Origin: Paraglomus brasilianum
Taxonomy: Eukaryota
Direction: 5' to 3'
DNA: 47,833 nucleotides
Assembly: GCA_910592345.1 (NCBI GenBank)
Contig: CAJVPI010000159.1
Coordinates: 1-47,833, forward strand
Below, one piece after another: positions 13,501 to 26,759 of the stretch; position 1 is the stretch's first letter, and the number at the start of each line of letters is the position of its first letter. The notes below the pieces were generated by a model, which saw only the letters and a program-made list of their open reading frames with translations, was not told the origin of the DNA and did no database searches. The position numbers and the translations under genes were made by a program.

Positions 13501-16500
13501 TGCGTTATGTAATATCAACGGATTTGGAAATCTAGAGTGTAACCAGGCTCTTTGATTAAAAGTTTTAGCACGCTGTCAATTTATTACAACCATTTTTAAA
13601 AGGAAAGCAGTATATGGACCCATTATTGATATTAGACTGTGAACATTTCATTATGATCAGCAAGTCTCTAAGTTGTGGCATGACGAAATAGAATATTTTG
13701 TTAATAGATGTTTTTCATAGTTATTAATCAAGTCTACCGGGTAGTCGATTGTCACGCTTTCACCACAAGAATAAAAATTGATTTCGTTTTGTTAGACATA
13801 TGCAATCGTGTACGGATGGTACAGACTCTTGATTATGACCTCATTAAATTGACAAGTGGAATGAATCAGCGATATTATGACTAGTTTGGTGACAATGCCA
13901 GCAATTTAATCCCATGGATATAGAACACTCGGAAATTTAAAAATAGTAGCCAATAACTGGTAAACGTTATTGATATTAATTCATAATTATTATTGTAACA
14001 ATAATCGATTTCCATTAAACTATTTATTGATTGATACATCATATTGATATACAGTAAATATATTATACATTTATACGTTCCGTGAATATACTGTTTACAT
14101 TACCGAGAATCAGTCATAGAATGACGTCATAGCAGATAAGATAAATTGATACTGTAAGAATGAAAAAAGATCCCTTTGAAATGATCGACAACAGACCTTC
14201 CCACGACGTCGAATTCGTGAACGAATTACAAATCGTTTGATTTGAAAAGGAAGGAGTTACACTGTTAACAGTGAGAATCCTATTACTATGGTAGACATTA
14301 CTTTTTACCATTGATCATGTGATTCTCTTTCATCAGGGCTTTTTTATTTTTCATTGCATTCTTTTCATCTGTTTCTGTAAGTGTCACATTTTACTTCGTG
14401 TGCTTATTACCAAATATGTCTATATAGACATTTTTAAAAACGAGTTTGAATGCAGGTAAATGAACTTGTGAAGAAAATGTGTTGGGTTATTTTTGTCGAA
14501 ATTGATAACGTGAAAAATGGGCAAATTTGGTATTTTATGAAATGTGTGGGTGTATATACATATGAATTAAGGCAGAGTGTATTCGGTTCGTTGCGAGTTT
14601 TTGGGAAAGCAATGCTTCGTCAGGGTAACTTGTTGGTCATATGCAATGATAGGGCGAATCAAATACAGTACGACGTTGAGCATACTCCCCCCCCCTTGTT
14701 CCTAACACTAATCAGAAAAGAATTTTTCTATATTTAATTTTGATATTCTTCCGGTTATCGCTGACAGTAGTAGTAGTGATCTGTGCTTGCAATTTTAAAT
14801 GTCGTGGTGGTCAATTGACCCGAATTGAGTCATGTCCCTTTTTTTCATCATGTCAGGTTATACTAAATTCAATTTATTGTTTTTATTTACTGTACTCACA
14901 TTGTTTATTACGTAATTGCTTACGTACTCTATCCCAATTGCTGTTCAGATTCAACATATGTTATCTTTTATTCATGGTTGTAGACTCTCCATTGTTTCAT
15001 GCATTGACCAGGTTCTAGAATTGGGGGAGACGTTCAATAAGAGATGCTAAATATGGAGGATAATGTTACAAGAGTACTAAAATTGGGCGACTGTGCATGA
15101 TTTCGTTTTTAAGCATTCAATGATATAGAGTGATTGAAGGGGTACACGAAATGCATCGAATAATATAGCATTCATTACTATTTGGCGTAACTTACCCGAT
15201 CAAAGATAATCGAACTATTGTGTCTGTGTATGCAATCTGATAAAAGAGTAACCGCCCCTCTAGCATCGACGCCCTATCGTAATTGACAGCCATAATATAT
15301 TCAAGCGACTTTATTATGTTACATGCACAGAGTTACCCAATCATTATTTGTCACACTCTTCCGAAATTATGTTTAGAACTAAGTGATAACGAATACATAA
15401 TGTAGGTTAGGGTTTAAAAACAAATGTGTCATAAAATACTGGATGGTCGCATGATTGCTCGCATGATTGTGTATTTCTTAGAAACGAATGGTTTGTATGC
15501 ATTTTTTATTGTGACATTGTATATTCCATTCCTCTGACATTGAAATGAATCCTTTCACTTGTTTCTCCATTAAAACATGTATGTACGCTTACAATCGTTA
15601 TCAAAATGTAATTCTCCGTTGTTGTGTGTCATTGAACGCTTTTTAATCCATAAACAAAATTTTGTCTATTGTGATTTCCATAAATAGAATAAGCAATGGG
15701 ATTTTTTGTTATGTGGCGTATGAATGGAAAAAAGAAAAAAGAAAAAAAAAAAGTACTGCGTGTGAAGTGTAAAGACCGTAAAAGCGGCTTTGTACATATC
15801 TGGATAAACTGTATACATGTATACATAGTGTATATTTATACATTTACAATGATACATGCTATGTATATTTAATCCATTGGGTTGCGTATAAACAATACAT
15901 CATTTTTTATCATTATCTCCAAACACTTTTATGTAAATATACCAAATTAGGCATTTTTTACAATGAGTAATTGACATATGGGCAACAGAACAAGAGAAGT
16001 CTTTGGAGAATGAGCATTTCACTGGCTTATTAATTATTTATGGTAATTAACTATCAGTGTCTGCTGATTCGCCGGTGCATTCATTGATGCGCTACGTATC
16101 TACTCGTATCACGTCCGCCCATGTCCGCCCTATCACGAATGGAATGCAATATTGTCTGTTAGTGATAAGTAAGTATGAATGAATGAATGGATGTATGTCT
16201 GTATGCATGCGCAATTGATTTAACTGCATGTACGATTACATGTATGACATTATAGAATTATCATCTTTTCGCCAACATGCTGCTTCCTACTGGATGGGCA
16301 TCCCCGTACGAGGCGTCCATTGATCAGTAAGGCATTATTGGAATGTGGCAGGGCGGCAACGTTTTTGCTATGTACGTAAGTGGGAAACGGAAAAAGAAAA
16401 AAAAAGGGGGAATGGAGGGAATGGACAAGAATAAGAGGAGAATGGACGAAAAGGAGGAGGAGACACAATGATACAAAGGCAGCATTCGCACTACCATTAT

Positions 16501-16947
16501 AAATTAATGCTATTAAGAATATTTGGTGTTAGCTCTGCTGGTATCGCATAACTTCATAGCAATACAAGATTATGTAGACTTTTTGAAATTCACATGACCG
16601 TCGATCGTTTGAAGAAGAAGCGTTTGGCAAAGCAGAGTTAATGACATTACTAATATTGTTCTGGTTCTGGTTCTCACTTTGATTAGTATCGGGTACTTTG
16701 CTTTGCTTATTTGGTAAAGCACCGGGACATTACCGATTAATTGTATGACTCTTTTATTGTGCGATATATATATACATATATATATTGTATGATATCATAG
16801 CATTGCCAAGCTCCTGAATTCCAAACTTGCCATTAAATTGTAGAACAAACCCCACCATTGCATCGCCATTCCCAGAAATGCGTTTGCATCTGTAAACCGC
16901 ATCTTTCCATTATCTACATCTGCAAAAAGTTTAGATTATCTTTGCTC

Positions 16948-17095
16948 CTCTCGCACCTCTCGCACCTCTTGCACCTCTCCTCTCGCACCTCTCGCACCCT
17001 CTCGCACCCTCTCGCACCCTCTCGCATCCTCTCGCATCCTCTCGCACCCTCTCGCACCCTCTCTCTCGTCTCACCCATCTCTCTCGCATCTCCTC
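16948..17095. repeat. Pyrimidine-rich 9-10-bp tandem repeat (CTCGCACCCT)n
   Basis: More than 10 consecutive units read directly. Confidence 0.9.
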
Positions 17096-17429
17096 TCCCT
17101 CCATTTCCGTTACCTGATATCGCTGCGATGTGTCACTAAGCCGGTGGATATTTGGTAAGCATACCCCGGGTACTAAACAATGCTATTTCATCATAAAATT
17201 CATATATATGCTGTATATACTGTATATACATGTAAAGTAGTCAATTATACTAGCTTGATATAGTCTTTCTAACTGACTAACCGAAATTCGATCCATAATA
17301 CCTGTATATGATTTCATTCAGCCACTATTTTCATATCATCCAGTAAAAACCAACGATTGTTCGTTTTGGAATGAGAAGTAAAAATAAGGAAGTAAATGAC
17401 TATGATAAGTTGTATTTATATTGTCGTAA

Positions 17430-17491
17430 TATATTTGCTTATATTAATTCGTTGTATATATTTGCTTATATTAATTCGTTGTATATATTTG
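17430..17491. repeat. 28-bp tandem duplication (TATATTTGCTTATATTAATTCGTTGTA-)
   Basis: Two adjacent copies. Confidence 0.8.
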
Positions 17492-17942
17492 TCTTACTTA
17501 CCATTTTCATCATTTCTATTCAGATCACAAATAGTGCTATTCTTAAAAGTCTATGGGCCATGACAGCGAGAATTAGAGGTGCTTCAATTGTAATATTTAT
17601 ATGAATATGTATTGTAATGTACATAATAAATTATTGTATATTCCACCATTTATTGTGACATTTGTTAAGAAATGGTATATATTTATGGCAACTTGAATGA
17701 AAGTCTTTCTTTTCGCATACCCGTTTATATGACAAAATGTACGTGTTGTCTATGTTTATTATTAACCCCTCCGACTGTTTACAATTACATAACATTTAGC
17801 AAAAATCTATAAATATTGCTTCATCTCGCCCACTTTATCCTTTCAAAAGTTCTTTCCCTTCCCTCGACCCTCCCCGTATCCCCCAGAAGACAAGTCCAAC
17901 CACTCCCCCCCCCCTCCCCCAAACCTTCCTCTCTCCACAGAA

Positions 17943-20250
17943 ATGTCAGACGTCTCACTTTCAGACTATAAACGTTTTTTCATAAACATCTCCACACACG
18001 TTGCTGTCATCCATGTCAAATGGCCTGCGTATCGCTCTACCCACTCAGACCACATCAAGCAGAACCACTCTCTCCTTAATCAATGGATAATGGACGAGGA
18101 CAAGTCTCCTCTCCTCGCTCTATTCACTCCCGAATGGAGTGCATCGGTCATAAAATATTACAAAAGTCTGGAGAAAGAGGGGAGCATGAGGAGAATTATG
18201 TTCCATAAGACACATGACATATCCAAGTGTCTGAATTGCGGAGAGAGAGAACGGGTTGTGGTATGTGGAGAGAGAGAGAAACGATGGACAAGAAAAAGAA
18301 AGTTTCCTAATTGTAGAGTGTTTCATGTAAACGAAGATGAATTTGATTTCCGTCTCTACGTCTCCGGTCCAGCAGAACATTTAGAAAAATACCATCCATT
18401 AGATCAATTAGTGGCTTACTTTCCATTCCGGAAAGAGATCGCTGATGATATATTCGGATTTTATTCCATCGAGCGCTCATCAACACACGAACAAAGTTAT
18501 AAGCTAACAAGAAGGAAAAGAACAGAGATAATTGGAAATATGGCTATGAAATTGTACAGAGTTGCTTACAACGGTACTAGTGCATATAATACAATAAGCG
18601 GATATAACAGCGCATATAATGGTTGCGTTAACAGGCTAAATGCAATGGGTGGACTTTTATTACCGACACTGCCTCCCGAGCTGATTATATACATATTGGA
18701 GAGTCTAGGCAGAGAAGACATGTCGGATTTAATTCCGACTATTCTCGTATGTGCCAGAGTGAACAAGTGGTGGTAAGTAAATAAATATAAATATTAAAGT
18801 GCAGGTGAAGTTTGTAGACTTGAGCAGAGCAAACCCCCATTCTCCCTTCCCACTGTCTCTTCCCTTTCTACACACATAGACTCGATATAGACATAATAGA
18901 CTCTATATTCTCATACATAATATTACTTGCTCAATATAACCATACAAACAACCCTACCTCCCCTTCATCCCCGTAACTCTTTATTCTGTTGACCATCTGT
19001 GTCGAGACGCAGTTACTTTCCCCCCCGTTTCCTAGTATATATTTGTCATTGATTGAAGTATACCCATTTAAGAACATTCTATTGATAACTTAACTTTTTA
19101 GTAATCCTTTTTATAAGTTAACTCGTACAAAAAACAAACGCTTTCAACACAAAGCATGTAATTGACCAGTATGCACGTTCATCTGCAGACACAACAGCGA
19201 ATAGGAGTCATGATTGCTTTATGCGTACAGTATTGTTATGTACATATTATTAGTAAAACCTTGTTATGTAGTATATAGTATATACATATATATATAAGGT
19301 ATATCATATAGGAAACAGAGTTCATATTCATCTCATCGATTTACCTTCTTTACTATCTTTACAGGTGTAATATAGCTCGAAAAGTATGGTACAATCACTT
19401 GGACCTCTCATCGATAACGCAATTCACAAAACTCGCCTCGTCCACTGGCTCGATGTTCTCTTACATCAACCGTCTCTCAGTCTCGATAACACTTCTCGAC
19501 TGGATGCTGTACAACCCGTTCTGTCAGCGCACCTGCCATTACACCTTTGAATCATCAGTTCTCTCAATACTGCAAAAATCAGTCAACCTACAAGAGCTAA
19601 AAATATACTTTAAGCTTCCACACAGTCAACTTACGTATACATATCCATTCTTAATGTATAATCGAATGGAAACATGTCAAGTAGCCGGATGGGAAATAAA
19701 CACGCCGCATGGAAAACGGAATTTAATAGAAGACTCTTTGATAAGAACCTTCAACAGCTTGACTTCACAGATAGAATCACTGGACGAAAGGGAACCGACC
19801 GCAACAAAGGTGATCAAACTTCGCAAGATAGGTCATGACGCTCCCCTTAAACTCTTACTCTTTCAACCACCCAGTGATGCCCTCATTTCTGCTATTCGGG
19901 CGTATGTCCATGCCTTCCGTGATCGTCACGATCGATACTATCAACAATTATTCACTGCTCATGTGACGAATCAACATCGAACTCGGTTCGAGTCTCAGTT
20001 GGATCTTGGGTATTTCATGGTTGTATGGGTTGTCGGACACAAGGACTGTTTTGACAGAATCGACGCATGGTTCAAGACTACCAAGCAATTTAGTGATTGG
20101 GATAAAGGAATACCGGTTGGGTTCATTGGAAAGAATGGGATGGTGAAAGTCGTTGATGACGAGTGCGGAGTCAGCGATAACGTGGTCAAGTTGCTTGGTT
20201 TAAGGTCGTCGCTATTGATTGGATCGTATATATATCGTCGAAGTCAATAA
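17943..20250 (+). CDS. Internal F-box protein, about 571 aa, 2 exons, with a possible degenerate Ras-like C-terminal domain
   Basis: Exons 17943-18772 and 19365-20250 (GTAAGT...ACAG) rebuild the F-box LPTLPPELIIYILESL...CARVNKWWCNIARKVWY across the intron. TATAAAT lies at about 17808. Confidence 0.8.
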
Positions 20251-20968
20251 TAAGTTTATAAGATGGATGATTTATTGGGGGGGGAAAGTGATGAATAAGA
20301 AACTACGAGGCTCCGTTGGACCACGAAAAACGTCGATGGATTATATGAAGTCAAGTCGAATGACTAGTCATTCATTGACGGTTGTGCAGTCACCTGGGAC
20401 TGGGTGGTCCACAAGCTTTGTATATGTGGGTCAACGGACTATAAGAGACATTGGAGCTATGTGGTCAACAGATTAATGGACTATATAACATATATATTAA
20501 GATCAAATAACTTTGACCTGTGATATTGATTGTCACATTATTCCATCGTCAAATACTTAACGTATTAACTATCCCCTACTTACTGTGTATATTTTTTTTA
20601 CTATTCTGACTCTGCATTGCCTTTCTTTTCTATTTCCCTTTCCTAGCATTTTAGCAATTTAATCACGAATTGCCATTTACACTCATCTGTATATCATAAT
20701 ACTCTCTCATAAGCAGAATTGTCTGTGACAATTACTGAACCAATAACAAAGAAATAATAAAAGGTTGTAAAAATACATTATATTGTTTTATAGCGAAGAT
20801 TATTGAAGGTCGTGAATTCAGTTTAAACAAGAAATTGAACATTTATTTGCATTGAAAGTTCTTATATATACTCATATACACATGCATAAATCATAACGCG
20901 CTTTGAATAAATATGCTAAAAATAGTTACAACACGATCACGCAGTATATATAATACTTTTTTTTTCTC

Positions 20969-21914
20969 TCAAGGGTTTCCCAACAAAGGGTCTCTTTCTC
21001 CCACTCTCTGATCCCTCAACCTGTACCAAGCCGCAATTTTATGCACCCAAACCCTAATAATACCACTGACTATCAAACCAGAGGCGGCGAAAGCAGAAAT
21101 CAAGATGGGCTTCTCGTCCTGACTTTTCAAAGCGATAGTGACCAATCCCCAGACAATAGTGCCAGAGTACACGACATCCTGCCTATGGTAATAGTCAACA
21201 AAGTGCAATCCGATAATACCGAGGATTACAATCGCGATGGTGGAAAAGAGGACAGTATTCAAAAATGGTATGGTGATCCATATGTTGTTGACTGTTTCAA
21301 TGGTTATCCAACTCAAGTAGATGGTGAACGACCAATGAACGAAGAGACGGTCAAAAATATTCTTGGGAGGGTAATATATGATATTGTGATATATTTTGGA
21401 CAAGAGCATGAGCAGGCAGACCGATAATACGGTATTGAGGATGGGGAGGTCTGTATAAATCTGGTAAATAATTTGATAAGAATTAGTGGAGTCTATTATG
21501 GTGGGTATTTTCATTTTCGAGCAAAACATTGTATAGCTTTAACCAATACTGTCACAGTTGATATGCACTTACCCACACAAGTACGAAACTAACGTTCAAC
21601 ACGCTAGCAATAACATGGTCCCATCCGATTCCTTCGATGACAGCATCCTTGGCGGGAGGACACCATTGATAAATAACAAAGCCACCCAACAAGAGGTAAA
21701 TCAATCCAAAAATGGATTCGGCATATTCTGGAGGAGACAGGAATGTGTCGGACTTTGAATTGGTGTCATTTGTCAACGGATTGATTGAGGAGCCGTCGTC
21801 GTTATTGTCGTTGTCGCCACTCGAACAATTCGCGAAGAGCACGATGTTTACGCCGAGTACGGCCAAGTAAGCGATTATGTTCGAGATTTTAAGGGCCAAT
21901 TCGTGTTCACCCAT
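20969..21914 (-). CDS. Multi-pass membrane protein, TspO/MBR-related fungal family, about 277 aa
   Basis: Exons 21914-21573 and 21460-20969 join in frame. Several hydrophobic helices; motifs TFLSPPEYAESIFGLIY, FVIYQW, FTIYLSWI and C-terminal ERDPLL. Confidence 0.75.
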
Positions 21915-22585
21915 TGCTAATTACTCGTCGTGAGGGTTTTGTCGTCAAACTGGGATGGTGGATTTTTCAGTGTGTTGGTGATAATCAGATGTCGGGCTAA
22001 CCATCAATTTATATAATTAACCGAGAGGGCGTAATCACTTAATTTCATGAACGACAAATAATATCCTTGTAAGTCTCTCCCGCCTAATTTTCCCTTGTAC
22101 AAAAAACAACAATCAGTTCAATTACAATCAGTGTCCACAAGAGATCTTCCTTTTATGTATTGCCATCTATTTTTAAGATCATCATAGATTATTGAAGGGG
22201 GTGTCGTGAGATTATCAATATCGCTTTTCGCTTTGCACATGCACCTGGCCCTACGAAATAGTATGAATGGTAAGAAGAGGTGGTGGAAGCGGGGGAGCGG
22301 GGAGCGGACGAGATGGAACAAGAAATTGAAAAAAAAAAATAAAAAAAAAAGATTGGAAAATTGTCGCAAGTGTATGCGGTTCATTTAAAGTACCATTTTT
22401 GGTCTTTTAGGAATGCGCGATCACGCAATTGTATAAATTTTATCCGAGAAATTGTGTAATTTAGCGCAGGACATTTGGCGTTTTTTTTGGGGGGGTACCA
22501 CATTCCGGATGTTGTGTTGATTACGAACTACACGTCTGAAACACAGATAAGATAGTAAAAGTAAATAGAAATCCATACTACAAAG

Positions 22586-24032
22586 ATGTCACCTGCTGAA
22601 ACTTCAATATCGGCTGTTCTGCAATACAAAGGAAACATAGACTCACGCGAATTGCCATGGTTAGTCTGTCATTTTACATATACGTGTATAACATAGTGGT
22701 TCCTGTCTTTACGACGCGTCTAATGCCTTTCTAAAGGGTAGAAAAATATCGGCCTCGTCTCCTCAAGGACATAGTTGGTAACGAGGAGACTGTGTCGAGA
22801 CTCCAAATTATTGCAAAGGAGGGTAATATGCCCCATATGATACTAGCCGTAAGTTTCGAATCAGTGAATGTATATGACGCGTGTCCTGGCTATGTTGGTA
22901 TTGGGGAAAGCACGATCATTGATGTATAGGTGTTGGATGGATAGGGTAATCCTGGAATTGGCAAGACGACTAGTGTCGAATGCCTGGCTTACGAGTTATT
23001 GGGCGATAGCATGAAGGATGCCGTATTAGAACTAAATGCATCTGATGACAGGTGATGTATGCATAATGTACGAGCTGATGTACGTATTTGTATAGAGTCA
23101 TTGACTCTCAATGTTCTCTTGTTCTACAGAGGAATAGACGTAGTTAGAAATAGAATAAAGACCTTTGCGCAGAAAAAAGTCACTCTCCCGCCTGGAAAAC
23201 ACAAGATTGTAATACTCGATGAAGCTGACAGGTAACAGAAAACACTTGACGCGCATGTCGTTTTTATATTCCATTGTCTTCCCATTTTTCATACTCCCAC
23301 TACAATGTCCCATCAGCATGACGCCAGCTGCGCAACAAGCTCTCCGTCGAACAATGGAAATATACTCTCAAACCACACGCTTTGCTTATGCCTGCAACAC
23401 ATCATCCAAAATAATCGAACCAATTCAATCTCGCTGTGCCATCTTGCGCTATGCTCGTCTTTCCGATGATCAAATACGCAAGCGTCTCTTGGAGATCTGC
23501 TCGTACGAGAATGTCGAATATAGTGACGACGGTTTGAATGCAATTGTCTTCACGGCTGAAGGCGACATGCGCCAGGCCATCAGCAATTTACAGAGTACGG
23601 TTTCTGGATTTCGCTTTGTGAATTCGGATAACGTCTTTAGAGTCTGTGATCAACCTCATCCTGTCATAGTAAAAAAAATTATTGAGAATTGTATCAAAGG
23701 TGAAGTTGATCCTGCTATAGAGGACTTGTCATTCTTATGGAAGCAGGGGTACAGTGCTCTCGATCTTGTTAGCACTTTATTTAGAGTGGTGAAGGTCTAT
23801 TCTGATATTGATGAATATCTCAAGTTGGAAGTGCTGAAGGTATAATTGTTCTACTTGTATAAGAGCTCGTTTTATCATCTCTATTATATCTTTAATTGTA
23901 TTCTCTCTTCAATAGGAGATTGGGTTTACTCATATGAGAATCCTTGACGGTGTTCAGAGTTTGGTTCAATTGTCAGGATTAATCGCAAAACTATGCAAGA
24001 AATCAATGCCACAGGACGAATTCCCTGTTTAA
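22586..24032 (+). CDS. RFC4: Replication factor C small subunit (yeast Rfc4 / human RFC2), about 344 aa, 6 exons
   Basis: Exons 22586-22659, 22737-22848, 22945-23051, 23130-23231, 23317-23839, 23916-24032. Motifs LPWVEKYRP, Walker [20 protein letters not shown], Walker [17 protein letters not shown] and SRC. Confidence 0.95.
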
Positions 24033-24312
24033 GCGATATCGGAAATTGGTAATAGAAGAAAAAGGGTTATATGAACATTGTAATTGAGCAACGAGTTATG
24101 TGGCTTTGTAATATACGACTGGTCAACATATACAACGTTGAGTACCAGATAATCAATCATGTACATAATAACACAGCTATTAGCATTAAAAACGCTTGAT
24201 TCAATTAATGTCAAATCATTACTCCTCCCAAGTCCCTGAATATTGCTGAAAGAGCTGATATACTAACTCGTGACACACTCTCTCGAACTGTTCCTAGCGG
24301 TCACTCTTATCT

Positions 24313-26308
24313 TCATTCAATCTCCAGTGCCTTCTTTGCCATTTCCAATACTCCTTCTAGAGTTGCATTTCCCCCAGTAAACCTATTGGATATGGTCAAT
24401 TTTTTAATCGTAGTCAATGTAACACAGAATATAGTAGTATATTATCCATATTATACTTACCCGCTCATATGAACAAATGTGCAATCCTACAAAAAGTGTA
24501 CATAATGATATGTGTATATTACATAGTAACATATTGGCTACAGCAATCTATTAACAGTCATTCAATACCTTCACTCCCGCTCTCTCTGATAATTCCGCGT
24601 CGCGAAGACCACGCCATCTACAAGAAACGAATATATTTTATTCTTATCAAATAATCAACTCAACGACGATGACAATGCAAATATACGCACGCTTCGGGAA
24701 GTGGTTTCCTAGAGTCAAATAAATTTAATGCAGCAGGAACTGCCTGTACCCTCCAAGAGTTTGAGCTATGGTATATAATATACAATGGTCGAGTATCGAA
24801 TGTGACTTTGGTCTCTTCTTCAATATTAAATAAATGTTCCTACACGAAAGCGACGACGTTGAGCATTAATACCATTGATATGCTGCTGTGAAATGAGTTG
24901 TTTGACTTTGACAGGCTGTCTACCTTCCATGGACAATGTTGTGACAAGATCATTATTCTCCCCAGTTTGTCGTACTCGAATCTTTTTTCGAACGACTTTA
25001 TTACAATTTCTCTAGCCGGAAGCCATGCTTTGCCCAAGTATTCTATCTTGTCAATAAACTCTGATCCAGCCATCTCGCTGGCTTTTATAAATTGTTTCTA
25101 GGAAAAAGAGAAAGATGACAAGGTTATCATATCGACACTGATGTAATTAGAGGATAAACTATACCGAATATTACATATAATAGATAGTACATACGTTCAC
25201 GTCAACATCTGTCCGATTCCACCATGGATTGAATGTTGCTACTCGAGATGGCAATGTCGTAGTCTCTTTGTATTTAGCAGGGATTTCGGATGGATATTGG
25301 TTGATTCCATTGTCGACAGCTATTTGTTCAGAAGTCGTTAGTGTAGTACGAGATATTATCTTTGGATCGATCGTTCATATGGTAAACAGTTACCATCTAG
25401 AGCTTCTATGAAATCCTAATCAAGAAAAGAATAATCAGACGACTTGTAACTATAACGAAGAAACCAGTGATTGACGTACTTCATATATTTTATCATATAG
25501 TATTGCAACTTTGGAATCAGCAACTTCTAGTCCCAATTGAGTGGCAATAATTTCCTTGCCAAAATGTCTAAGCGATAAGCGAAACAAGAGATCAGTATAA
25601 ATGGTTCCTGCAATGACCCAAACTGCTACACCAACCAATACGTTGACCGTACTCACTTGTATATTAACCCAGCACTACTGAGTTTTATCGTGCGCTTGTC
25701 ATTAAAGGTCTCGAAAAACCCTCTCTATGAGGCATAAGCAACATTGTGTCAAGAATGGTTGATCAACTCGTATACTCAACGCGGAGATTTTTTAGCAGCT
25801 TACCTGATGATGGTCAAACCTCATCGTAGATGGATTATAGACTCCGCCCACGTCAACAATTACATCACATTTGGCTAACTGTTCTGAATCACGAGTTCTG
25901 ATCACATCTATTAAGAAGAAGAGTAAACATTACTTTAGATGGGGGTAAATCAGCGATTGTATATCTTACATAATATTTACTTGATTCCTTGAAAGCAGCT
26001 GTTCGTTTCAACATGAACACTGCCAATGCCTCATCGCTATAACAAAATTATACAGATTATAGACTGCTGTCATGTGTAATTCAGACATAAGGTGGAGAGA
26101 ATTAGTTGATACCAATGAAACTGGCCATCATGAGTTCCAATTACCTATATTACACGATCGAGCGATTGATTGTTATATTATAATATAAACAAAAGCAATG
26201 GCATCTAACTGCAAAGCTTACTTTTGTCATTGTTGATAATAGCCTGCGTTTAATATGCACTGTTAATGTTGGTGATATCGAAAGAATGCTTTGCTTCAAA
26301 TGTAACAT
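24313..26308 (-). CDS. MYG1: MYG1 family DHH-type exonuclease, about 349 aa, 13 exons
   Basis: Exons 26308-26222, 26144-26113, 26036-25981, 25907-25804, 25724-25657, 25567-25480, 25415-25394, 25319-25195, 25097-24924, 24839-24691, 24617-24569, 24486-24461, 24382-24313 join in frame. Motifs [39 protein letters not shown] and FVHMSGFTGGN. Confidence 0.93.
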
Positions 26309-26759
26309 CACCTAAAATTTTTGTCAATGAAATGCAACCAATCAACGTCTAAAAGTGCACATTTTAACATGACGTCATAAAACACGACAAAATAAAGCTC
26401 GCTCGCCTTGCCTTACTGATAAACTTACGCATGGAAGGCTTTAATCCGTGCGCCGGCTTGGTGATTGTCACGTAAGAACAAATTTCTTTAAAGAATGCAT
26501 GCATAGTAATAGTACAAAGTGTTTATTTATTCAATCAATATGCCATCAATATTTAAAATTAATCTTACCACAATGCAAAACATGCAATCTTCTCAGCAGA
26601 CTATCTAAAAATTCGCTTGCTTTTAATTTTTATCTATAGCAATGTCGACAAGACATCGTATAGCCTGGTATCGAATTAGTCACATTCTTTTGTTGTTTGC
26701 CGATCGATCCGATCAATAGTAACACAAGCTTACGCAGCCATTTTTTAAAAATTGCGAAT

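Noticed and set aside
21041..21427. 128-aa plus-strand ORF
   Set aside because: Antisense shadow of the membrane-protein exon, with no independent evidence.
26037..26112. MYG1 intron 2 starting GTATC as a U12 intron
   Set aside because: It reads GTATCAAC rather than GTATCCTT and has no CCTTAAC branch site.
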